From the NCBI GenBank assembly GCA_052055015.1, contig JBQJIT010000017.1: DNA of 64,000 nucleotides; one strand, written 5' to 3'. Positions within the stretch are counted from its first letter, which is position 1, and the number at the start of each line of letters is the position of its first letter. Of this stretch, positions 1 through 8,741 are shown in pieces. The stretch is from Malassezia furfur (lineage: Eukaryota). The notes beneath the pieces are model-generated. The model was not told where the DNA came from, ran no database searches, and saw only the letters and a list, made by a program, of their open reading frames with translations. Made by a program: the position numbers and the translations under genes.

Positions 1-1053
1 GCGGTCCGCATCGTCCTTGGGCTTCGCAAAGCCACTCTTCCCTGCACCGAAACGCGGTCGGCCGCTGGCCTCACGCCGCGCGCGGTCAAGGCGGATCTTG
101 CGCGCAAGCTCCGTCTCGCCGTCGACGTGGTCGATCGGCGCACGCGCGGCACCATCGTCACCGGCCGCAAACACAGGCGGCTCGTCACCCTCGCCAAACT
201 CGCCTTCGGAGAGGATGACGTTGTCAGCGGTGGCTTCCACCTTCCGCGGCCCGTTGGGGGTCCGGAAGATGTGCTGCTTGGAAATCAGCTCGCGCCCTGC
301 CTCGCCAAGCATGTCACGCGCGTGTTCTTTCTCATCGCGCTCGACCTGCTCCGGGCTGAACTGCTTCTCGTACTTGCTCTCGTAGTTCTTGCCCTGCTTT
401 TGCGCGGCGTCTTGGAGATGGGCCTCTTCCTCGATCGTGGGCATACCCTCGGCGATACGTTCGCGGTTCTCTTCCTCGAGTTCGATCTGCTTGTGCTCCG
501 CAAAGTGCTTGAGATCCTCGGGGTGCGTATAGGAATCCGCGCCTTGGTCCTCTTCCTTGCGGTGGTAAATACTCTCGTGGTGCACAAAGAACTCGGACTC
601 TTCGTCATAGTGGTGCCCAAGCGTGTGTTTGCCGTACTCGGGGAACGTCGGCAGGCCGTTAGGACCGCCAGCGAGGAACTCTTGCCGCGTGATCAGCGAA
701 TCATGGTTCTTGTCGAGGCGGCGCAGCACCTCGCGGACAATCTTGTCCGCCTTTTCGTCATGCACCTCGGCATTCGGCGAGTGCTTGCGCGAAAGAGAGT
801 GGTGGACGCCGTAGATAGCCTCGATCTCTGCTCGATCGAGCAAGCCGTTCCGGTCAAAGTCGTGTAGCGCGAAAAAGCTCGCGAGGTCAAAGTTGCCAAT
901 ATGGTGCTCGTTCGCCATGTGCTCCTGCATGTAACTGCCCGCGCCATCCGACTTGGATGTGTCCTTCCCCTTGGATGGCGCCGCATTGCGGGCGCCCACG
1001 GGCGCCAGCGCTGCGCACGCCACAATCGCTGCACCCAGCACGCCGGTCCGCAT
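1..1053 (-). CDS. SSP120: Ssp120/nucleobindin-like secreted EF-hand protein (3' end runs off the window)
   Basis: Hand translation from ATG 1053: signal peptide MRTGVLGAAIVACAALA, then HMANEHHIGNFDLASFFALHDFDRNG (EF-hand), LDKNHDSLITRQEF (EF-hand), GHHYDEESEFFVHHE, HPEDLKHF. Not in the ORF track because its stop lies outside the window. Confidence 0.85.
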   Translation of the reverse strand, partial: MRTGVLGAAIVACAALAPVGARNAAPSKGKDTSKSDGAGSYMQEHMANEHHIGNFDLASFFALHDFDRNGLLDRAEIEAIYGVHHSLSRKHSPNAEVHDEKADKIVREVLRRLDKNHDSLITRQEFLAGGPNGLPTFPEYGKHTLGHHYDEESEFFVHHESIYHRKEEDQGADSYTHPEDLKHFAEHKQIELEEENRERIAEGMPTIEEEAHLQDAAQKQGKNYESKYEKQFSPEQVERDEKEHARDMLGEAGRELISKQHIFRTPNGPRKVEATADNVILSEGEFGEGDEPPVFAAGDDGAARAPIDHVDGETELARKIRLDRARREASGRPRFGAGKSGFAKPKDDADR

Positions 1054-1175
1054 CGTGGCCGTGTCAATGTCTGGCGTCGCAAAATACGGCCGTGCCACCC
1101 TGGCCACGTGGCACCGCACCCCAGTGCGCGTGCCCAACCGCGGAACATGAAACAGTACAAGGGGAGTGTGCGAAT

Positions 1176-4100
1176 CTACGAGGGCTCGAGCGCCTGGAGA
1201 CGAACGAGGTTGGCGTACACACCCTTCTGGGCCATGAGGGTCTGGTGGTTTCCCGACTCGGCGACGACGCCGTTCTGGAAGGCAAAGATGCGGTCCGCGT
1301 GCGAGATGGTGGCGAGACGGTGGGCAATCGAGATGGTCGTACGGCCTCGGGCGGCACGGTCGAGCGCCTGCTGTACAATTTTTTCCGAGTCCGAGTCGAG
1401 TGCCGACGTCGCCTCATCCAAGAGCAGGATTTTGGGGTTGCGGACCAAGGCGCGTGCAATGGCGATGCGTTGTTTCTGCCCACCACTGAGCTGCGTGCCC
1501 TTGGCGCCGACCTGGGTATCAAATCCGTTGGGAAGTCCCTCGATGAATTCGAGGATGTTGGCCTGTACAGCAGCCGCGCGCATCTGCTCATCGGTGACGT
1601 CGTCAGGCGAGTCGAGCGCACCGAGACGCAGGTTAAACGCAATCGTGCCATCGTACAGGGTGGGCTCTTGCGAGACCAGCGCAATATGCTTCCGTAGCGA
1701 ACGGACATTGAGCGTGCGAATGTCGTGGCCATCGAGCGTGATGCGCCCGCCTTCGACGTCGTAAAAACGCTCGATAAGCTGAATTGTGGTGGATTTTCCG
1801 CATCCACTGCTGCCGACGAGCGCGCAGTAGGAGCCAGGCGGAGCATCCATCGTAACGCCGCGCAGCACTTGCACGCCCGGACGCGTAGGGTAGCGGAACA
1901 AGACGTGCTCAAAGCGCAGGTGGCCCTCGCAGTGGTCCAGCACAATGCCATCATCCGTGTTGGCGTCGATTTTCGGCACGTTGTCCAGCAGCTCAAACAC
2001 CGCCGAGGCCGCCGTGCGGGCATTGGAGATGTCGGGGACAAAGTTGAACACATTGCCCGCCTGGATGCTGCCGAACACGACCGCGGTAAAGATGGTAAAG
2101 AACTGTCCTGCGTCGTACTCGCCGCGGAACTGCAGCTGCGAACCGTACCAGAATCCGAGCGAAATGACAAAGAACGAGGTGCTCTGCGACAGGGCATAGA
2201 AAATGTTGCCATAGAGCGCAGCCTTTTTCGCGACCTGCGACGCGCTCTGCAGCGACTCGCTGTATTCGGCGAGGCAGTCATCCTCGCGCGTGAGCGAGGC
2301 CACCGTACGGATCGCGTTGGCCGACTCGCATGCCTTTTGTGAAGAGACGAGATGCGCCTTGCGGACCTTGACGTCCTTCATCACGACGAGCCACAGGCGC
2401 ACAAAGCCGGCGCACAGCGTAAACGGAATACAGGCAATCACGACCAGCGCGAGCTTCCAGCCATAGATCAGCGCAATGATCGCGCCGACAATCAGCGTCG
2501 AGATCGATTGAACGATGGTACCGAGCGACACACCAATGAACCCGTTGATCTTTTGCGTGTTCTCTGCAAGCGCACTCGTCAGTGCACCGCTGCTGTGGTC
2601 CTTTTCGTCGAAGAAGGACACATCCGCACGCAAGTAGGCACGGAACATGCGGCTGCGCAGGCGCTGCATGAGCATTGCCGAGCCCTGCTGGATAAGCGCC
2701 ATCTGGAAGATGGTGGAGAACGTCGAGATGATGGCAATAATGAAGAAGTAAAGCGCCTGCATGTTGGCCGTATGGCGCATATCGCTGCGCTGAGGCTCGG
2801 GACAGTTTTCCCCCAACTCGTTTTGACACTTGCTGAAGTTGGTCAGCGCGAGGCCAAACAGGATCGAGAAGCTAGGATACGTCCCGCCGGACGCCACTGC
2901 ACACACCATGCCTGGCAAAAAGTAGGGAACCAGCAGGTCGCGGCCGATGCGCGCGAGACGCAGCAGCACGTATACAAGGCTCTGGGGTCTGTGCTTGCCC
3001 TCTTCGTCAAGCTTGCCGTGGCGCAGGCCTCCCATCTTCATCACCTGCGACACGGCCGACTCGTCGGGTGGGAGGCTCAGGTGCGACGTCATGACCTGGT
3101 TGCCTTCGCGCTCCTTGTTCGAAGCATCGTCCCAGTCGGTGTCGGGCGGCGACGTGTCGTGCTGCGTGAGCATTGCCTCGGTGTTTTCGCGGTTGATCTG
3201 CTGCGTGGCAACAAGGCCAGCGTACACGCCATGCGGGATTTGCAGCAGATCGTTGTGCTGGCCCTGCTCGACAATTACGCCGTTCTTCATCACGACAATG
3301 TTGTCCGCGTTCTTGATTGTGCTCAGCCGGTGCGCAATGGTGATGGTCGTGCGTCCCCGCGACGCCCGGTCGAGTGCCTCCTGGACGATGCCCTCGGACG
3401 CCGTGTCGAGTGCACTCGTCGCCTCGTCGAGCAGCAAAATGCGCGGGTTTTTGACGATCGCCCGTGCAATCGATACACGCTGCTTCTGGCCGCCACTTAA
3501 GAGCGCCGCACGCTCGCCGACATGCGTCTGGTAACCCTGCGGGAGGTCAAGGATGAAATCGTGTGCATTCGCCTGGCGCGCTGCCTCGACGATCAGCTTG
3601 TCCTTCTCCTCGGGCGAATAGTGCTCGTACGGCGTGTGAACTAGGCCGTAGGCAATGTTCTCCCAAACGGTCGTAGCAAACAGCGTCGGCTCCTGGCCGA
3701 CAAGGCCGATCTGCGTGCGGAGCCACTGGATGTTGAGCTGCGGCAGCGGCAGGCCGTCAAGCAGTACCTCGCCGGCAGTCGGATCGTAAAAGCGCTCCAC
3801 AAGCGACACAATAGTGCTTTTGCCTGAACCTGATGGGCCGACGAGCGCAGTCGTGCGGCCCGCGGGGATGTCCAGCGAAAATTCTTTCAGGATCGGCACG
3901 TTGGGGCGCGAAGGGTACACAAAACTGACGTGGCGCACCGACAGGTTGCCGATGCAGTGCGGCGGACGCAGTCCGTCCGGGCTTGACGAGTCGATCGCGG
4001 GCTGGCGGTCGATCGTCTCGTACACCTTGCCGGCGGCCGCCTGCGCAAAGCTGAGGGCTTGCAAGTTCGGCGCAAGCATCGCCATGCCAAACGCGCCGAT

Positions 4101-5903
4101 CAGCACCGAGAAAATGACATTCATCACCACACCACTTTGGATGTTGCCATCCGCCACGAGCTTCGAGCCGAAGAAGAACGCGAGTGCATACGCCGAGTAC
4201 ACACAGAAGAAGAAGAAGCCCACACCGATGCCCGTCGCAATGGCGCGCCGCCGGCTCGCCGTCATTGCGAGCACATTGCGCGCATCGTACATGTTGCTAA
4301 GGTGCGGCGTCATGTCAAAGGCCTTGGCCGTACGCACAGTCGAGAGCGTCTCTTCGGCGAGCGAGGCCGCCTGCGCGACGTACCCTAGTTCAATTTGCTG
4401 GTACTTGGCGACAAAGATGTTCATCACCACGGCAGTTACCACAATGCACGGAATGATGGCGGTCATGACGAGCGCCAGGCGCCAGTTGCGGATGTACGCG
4501 ACGATGAAACCGGCAATGAACGTCGAGAGTAGCGCGACCATCAACGGAATCTTGTCGCTGATTCCGTCCTGGATGAGCTGAATGTCGCTCTGGATGCGCG
4601 TCGTGATTTCGCCTGCGCCCAGGTTGTCAAAGTAAGCAATGTCCTGCCGCAGGACCGCCTTGAGGTAATTTTGCCGGATGCGTAGCGTAATAACCTCGCC
4701 CGTGTACACCCAGATTGCCATGTAGATGTAGATTACCACCCACGAGCAAATACCGATAATGGTCAGGTACAATGCGTCCATGTTGACATTGTGCCGCACG
4801 CGGTTGACGCGGTCCATAAACTCTTCGAGGGTTGTGTGACTGTTTATGCCCAGGAACGCGGTGGTCAGGTTGCCGAACAGCACGGTCATGAGCGGCTGTG
4901 CGATGCCCGAAATTGCTGCGCATACGATGCCGAGCAAATTGAGGAGGCGTTCGTTGGGCGTCGCATAGCGGAACAAGTCGCCCACTTTGACCGGTTTGGG
5001 CTTGCCCACCTCGGCGGGTGCCTTACCCTTTTTGCCCTTGGCCGGCTTGTCCGACGCACCGGCACCGGCGTCGGTGCCCATGTCGACGGTGGTGGTGGGC
5101 GGCTGCGGCGGTACGTTGCCACCTGACCACTCTGCCGCATCGTGATCGGATGCACCACCATCGTCGTGGCCCTTGCCCGACGAAAGGTATTGCTTCGAGA
5201 CGGGGAGCAGGTGCGGTCGGTCACCGTACGCGCCCTGCCCTTTTTCTCCACCAAACGGCGCAAGCAGGTGTGAGGTACTGTACGTTTCGTTCGGGGCGAA
5301 CCCGGAGGACTGCAGCGGGTGACCCACGCTTGGCGAGAGGTGCACCGACTGCGATGGGCTGAATCCAATCTCGGACTCGGTGCGCATGAATCCGGTGCGC
5401 GATTGCATATGCAAGTCACGCTCGTTTTCATCCCAGTAAGTCTCTGCGAACGCCGGGGTATCTGGGCCATAGGATGCGAAGCGGCCCTCGCTCGGCAGGA
5501 TGGGTGTGTCGAGATACGGGTCATACATGGGGCTCTGCTCAAGAGCCCGCAGGGGCTGCGGCCTGTCCTTGGCGAAGACAGGAGAGTCGCCCAACTGCGA
5601 ACTGCTGGGCGTCTGTGCGACCTTGGGCGGCACAAACACGCGGTCACCGCGTGCGGAGTCTGCGTCAGCAGGCGACGACAATTGCGTCCATGCCGCGCTA
5701 GGCGGATGCGGTGCATTGTCCTGAGGTGGTGGCGTGTGCGTTCCCCATGTGCCGTCGTCCGCCGAGGGCGACCACATCGGCGAAGACAAGAGATGTGTGC
5801 GCGAAGCCTGCGGTGGGGGCGTCCACGTCCGATCGGGCTCACCGCCAGGGCGAGCGCCTAACCGGATCTGCAGGTCCTTGGGTCTGTCCAATGGATGCGA
5901 CAT
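1176..5903 (-). CDS. Full-length ABCB (MDR/P-glycoprotein) transporter with a long disordered N-terminus
   Basis: TMD-NBD-TMD-NBD; Walker A GPSGSGKS and GSSGCGKS, two LSGGQKQR signatures, two LLLDEATSALD motifs. Confidence 0.95.
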   Translation of the reverse strand: MSHPLDRPKDLQIRLGARPGGEPDRTWTPPPQASRTHLLSSPMWSPSADDGTWGTHTPPPQDNAPHPPSAAWTQLSSPADADSARGDRVFVPPKVAQTPSSSQLGDSPVFAKDRPQPLRALEQSPMYDPYLDTPILPSEGRFASYGPDTPAFAETYWDENERDLHMQSRTGFMRTESEIGFSPSQSVHLSPSVGHPLQSSGFAPNETYSTSHLLAPFGGEKGQGAYGDRPHLLPVSKQYLSSGKGHDDGGASDHDAAEWSGGNVPPQPPTTTVDMGTDAGAGASDKPAKGKKGKAPAEVGKPKPVKVGDLFRYATPNERLLNLLGIVCAAISGIAQPLMTVLFGNLTTAFLGINSHTTLEEFMDRVNRVRHNVNMDALYLTIIGICSWVVIYIYMAIWVYTGEVITLRIRQNYLKAVLRQDIAYFDNLGAGEITTRIQSDIQLIQDGISDKIPLMVALLSTFIAGFIVAYIRNWRLALVMTAIIPCIVVTAVVMNIFVAKYQQIELGYVAQAASLAEETLSTVRTAKAFDMTPHLSNMYDARNVLAMTASRRRAIATGIGVGFFFFCVYSAYALAFFFGSKLVADGNIQSGVVMNVIFSVLIGAFGMAMLAPNLQALSFAQAAAGKVYETIDRQPAIDSSSPDGLRPPHCIGNLSVRHVSFVYPSRPNVPILKEFSLDIPAGRTTALVGPSGSGKSTIVSLVERFYDPTAGEVLLDGLPLPQLNIQWLRTQIGLVGQEPTLFATTVWENIAYGLVHTPYEHYSPEEKDKLIVEAARQANAHDFILDLPQGYQTHVGERAALLSGGQKQRVSIARAIVKNPRILLLDEATSALDTASEGIVQEALDRASRGRTTITIAHRLSTIKNADNIVVMKNGVIVEQGQHNDLLQIPHGVYAGLVATQQINRENTEAMLTQHDTSPPDTDWDDASNKEREGNQVMTSHLSLPPDESAVSQVMKMGGLRHGKLDEEGKHRPQSLVYVLLRLARIGRDLLVPYFLPGMVCAVASGGTYPSFSILFGLALTNFSKCQNELGENCPEPQRSDMRHTANMQALYFFIIAIISTFSTIFQMALIQQGSAMLMQRLRSRMFRAYLRADVSFFDEKDHSSGALTSALAENTQKINGFIGVSLGTIVQSISTLIVGAIIALIYGWKLALVVIACIPFTLCAGFVRLWLVVMKDVKVRKAHLVSSQKACESANAIRTVASLTREDDCLAEYSESLQSASQVAKKAALYGNIFYALSQSTSFFVISLGFWYGSQLQFRGEYDAGQFFTIFTAVVFGSIQAGNVFNFVPDISNARTAASAVFELLDNVPKIDANTDDGIVLDHCEGHLRFEHVLFRYPTRPGVQVLRGVTMDAPPGSYCALVGSSGCGKSTTIQLIERFYDVEGGRITLDGHDIRTLNVRSLRKHIALVSQEPTLYDGTIAFNLRLGALDSPDDVTDEQMRAAAVQANILEFIEGLPNGFDTQVGAKGTQLSGGQKQRIAIARALVRNPKILLLDEATSALDSDSEKIVQQALDRAARGRTTISIAHRLATISHADRIFAFQNGVVAESGNHQTLMAQKGVYANLVRLQALEPS

Positions 5904-6070
5904 GCTGATGTGCGCAACGGTCAGTCTCCCAGGTTTGGCTGGGTTACCCTACCCAACGAAATCCTTTTTTGGTGTGGACACGGTTGGGAGGGTCCCTGCG
6001 ATACATGACACGTGTTCTATGGGCCTAGTAGGCCGCCGACGGACCTCCACACGAGGAGGCGCTGTCAACA

Positions 6071-8650
6071 TCAGGGGCGGCGCGCTGCAGGCGGCGCGAG
6101 CCCGACAGGTAGACAATTTTCATTGGACCAATCCCCGATGAATTCGGCTGGATGCGCCAATTGCCGACGCGCCTCTGACAAGGTGTGTACGTTGAGTAAA
6201 ACGGGCGCATCCAGTGCGCCGCCGACGGGGCGCTGCAGAGGCGCGTCCTCCCAGGGCGCACGACTCAAAATCCGTAGGTCGGCCGGGACCACCGTGGGGA
6301 AGACGAGGACGTGGACCGCCGGGCGCATCCACGTGCGTCCTCCGAGCGTGGTCTGCGTGGAGACGGCCAGGCGCTCCGCACGGTCCAGCGCCGCTTGGAT
6401 GCGCGCACGGTCCCCGCGCGCGTCGCGCCCAATTAGGACATAGATCTCGAGGCCCGCGTCGAGCAGCGCGACACGATCGGCACGTAACGCCTCACTCGTA
6501 AATGGCACAGCCTCGGTGTCATCCGCGCTTACGTACAGCCGCGCTGTGCGGAGCTCCGGCGAAAGCGCCGCAAAATGACGCCAGTGCCAGCCGGACGCGT
6601 GCGTATCTGGGAACCGGCGGCGCCATGCGGGGGTTGCGTGTGCCTCGTCCATCTCAACGACCTTACGCTGCTTCATTTGCGCAAACTGCATCGCGCGTTT
6701 CCGCTGCTCGGCGGTGCTGCCCTTGCCATGCCAGACCCACACCTCGTCCGGCGTATGCAGCACGGCGCTAAACGCCGAACACAGCGAATCGGACGTGACG
6801 GGCATCTCGTCCACAAATAGCCCCGCCTCAGTGCTGCGGAACACGAGCAGCTCCGTGGACTCCCGCGCCGCGCCGCGTGCGCCCCTTCGTGTGACCAGCG
6901 GCCCCTGCAGCAGCGCCGTAAATGCAACAGGCTCTGCGCCCTGGTGCACAGTGCGGCACGTATCGCCGAGCGCCGCCTGCACCGCCCCGGGGATCTCGGC
7001 CGGTGCCTGCGCCCCACGCCACACAAAAGATTGGGGACCCTGCTTGGCGATCAGCAGGTCAGTCGCATACACTTCGGGCGCAAACGTATTGAGCGGCACG
7101 AGGTCACCGGACGGGCCCACGTACGCCAGCTTGGTTTCGGTGCGGGGCGCGGGTCCCGCGGTGCGGCGATCAGTCGCTGCTGAGGCAGCAGGTGAAGCAG
7201 AAGCAACAGGTGCAGCAGGTGCAGCTGCCGTAGCGGGCGAGGCCCCGGCGGCCTTGGCGTCCGATGGCTCCTTCCGTGCATCGGCCAGTACTTTTTGAAT
7301 CGCCTGCACAATCAAGCGGTGTTCGACGGCGTGCATGCGTGTCTCGAGCGCATCGAGCGGCTCGCCGTGGTGAATCGGCACCTGCTCGACCAAAATCGGC
7401 GCACCGCGGTCGACCTCGGCGACGACTTCATGCACCATGATCCCGGTGTGCTCGATGTCGCCCTTTTGGAAGGCCTCGTAAGCGCGCTCGATCGCATTCG
7501 CGCCGTCAAACGCGCCGGGCAGCGCCGGGTGCAGGTTGATGATCGACACGGGCTGCGCTGGGCGTTTGGCAAATGTGGGCGGCGATGCGAGAGACGTCTT
7601 GTGACCCAGCGCACTCAGGAACGTCTCCGAGACGATGTGCATGAAACCAGCGAGGACGATCAGGTCCGGAAGCGCACCGTCGCCCAGCACGTAGTCGGCC
7701 AGCACGAGGTCGTAGTCCTCGCGCGTCTTGCCCGGATTGCGGTTCTGGAAGGTCTTCAGCGAGTGCACCTTGGTGGGGATCGGTGGGTCGACGTTCTTGG
7801 CGCGTTGGAGTCCGTAGGCGTTCATCCGGTTGGAGATGACCCGCACGATCTGCGCATCTTGCAAGGTGGGCGATGCCCCGCACGTCGCGTCGATGATGGC
7901 CTGCAGGTTGCTGCCCGACCCGGAGATAAGAACGACAATGCGTTTGCCCGCCGTGCTTCGCTTGGCCAGCGGCGCGGTAGGACCGGACGCAGTGAGGCTC
8001 GGAGTTGGTCCCTTGGCAGGCACCGCATGTGCGTCGCGAGCGGGCGCCGGCGCCGGCACCTCGGTACGCTGGTCTGCATGCGCTTCGCTGGTCGACGTGT
8101 CCGGCTTGTCGTTGGCAACGTCCGGCGCGTCCATAGCAGGCGTATGGGGCGCGTCGCTGGGCGCGTCGGGTGTCGCTGGCGTAGCGGTCTCATCGCCCTC
8201 CTTGTCGGCTGTGGCGGGGACCACGGTCGGGTTGTCATCCTTGGGCGCCTCGGTGTCCTTGGGCGCTTCGGTTGCGCCCGCATCGCTCTGGTCCGCGGTG
8301 GCTTGTGCCTCCTTGGCGGCCGCCTCGTCCGGGAACAGCTCGCGGTGCCGCATCTCCATCATTTTGGCCATCGAACCATCGGGCTTGGCGATACCAGGCA
8401 GTCCGCGGTACGTCGGCTCGTCCGCAAGCGCGGCCTCCGGCACCGATGTCCGCCCGTCACCCGCGAGCTGGCCCAGGCGAGGCGCCTTGGCCTTGCCGCC
8501 GATGAACGAGGCGAGCGACACGGGCTGCCCATCGGGGCCCGCTTCTGCATGCCCGGTGGGGCCTTGTGTGCCGCCATAGCGCGACAAGAGCGCATCTGCG
8601 CGCGCGCGTGCCGAGCCTGGCGTGTCTTCGTCGTGTGGTGCGCCGCCCAT
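6071..8650 (-). CDS. ADE8: Fusion: gelsolin/villin-like protein with an internal phosphoribosylglycinamide formyltransferase (GART) domain at about 7283-7945
   Basis: Single uninterrupted ORF. RIVVLISGSGSNLQAIID, LIVLAGFMHI, NLHPALPGAFDG and TGIMVHEVVAEVDRG are GART motifs. The C-terminal VWRG..QGAEP, DEMPVTSDSLCSAFS..VWVWHGKGST and VALLDAGLEIYVLIG segments resemble gelsolin repeats. ATG 8650 chosen because an E-box lies just upstream. Confidence 0.8.
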   Translation of the reverse strand: MGGAPHDEDTPGSARARADALLSRYGGTQGPTGHAEAGPDGQPVSLASFIGGKAKAPRLGQLAGDGRTSVPEAALADEPTYRGLPGIAKPDGSMAKMMEMRHRELFPDEAAAKEAQATADQSDAGATEAPKDTEAPKDDNPTVVPATADKEGDETATPATPDAPSDAPHTPAMDAPDVANDKPDTSTSEAHADQRTEVPAPAPARDAHAVPAKGPTPSLTASGPTAPLAKRSTAGKRIVVLISGSGSNLQAIIDATCGASPTLQDAQIVRVISNRMNAYGLQRAKNVDPPIPTKVHSLKTFQNRNPGKTREDYDLVLADYVLGDGALPDLIVLAGFMHIVSETFLSALGHKTSLASPPTFAKRPAQPVSIINLHPALPGAFDGANAIERAYEAFQKGDIEHTGIMVHEVVAEVDRGAPILVEQVPIHHGEPLDALETRMHAVEHRLIVQAIQKVLADARKEPSDAKAAGASPATAAAPAAPVASASPAASAATDRRTAGPAPRTETKLAYVGPSGDLVPLNTFAPEVYATDLLIAKQGPQSFVWRGAQAPAEIPGAVQAALGDTCRTVHQGAEPVAFTALLQGPLVTRRGARGAARESTELLVFRSTEAGLFVDEMPVTSDSLCSAFSAVLHTPDEVWVWHGKGSTAEQRKRAMQFAQMKQRKVVEMDEAHATPAWRRRFPDTHASGWHWRHFAALSPELRTARLYVSADDTEAVPFTSEALRADRVALLDAGLEIYVLIGRDARGDRARIQAALDRAERLAVSTQTTLGGRTWMRPAVHVLVFPTVVPADLRILSRAPWEDAPLQRPVGGALDAPVLLNVHTLSEARRQLAHPAEFIGDWSNENCLPVGLAPPAARRP

Positions 8651-8741
8651 CGTTGCGGGTCCACAAGCCCAGACCCACGTGGCACACATACACAAAATCC
8701 GGTCGTTACAAAAATGCTAAGTAGTGCTAAAGATGCCTCGT

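Noticed and set aside
1176..5903. Calling the ABC transporter STE6
   Set aside because: Motifs fit a generic MDR-type ABCB; substrate cannot be assigned by eye.
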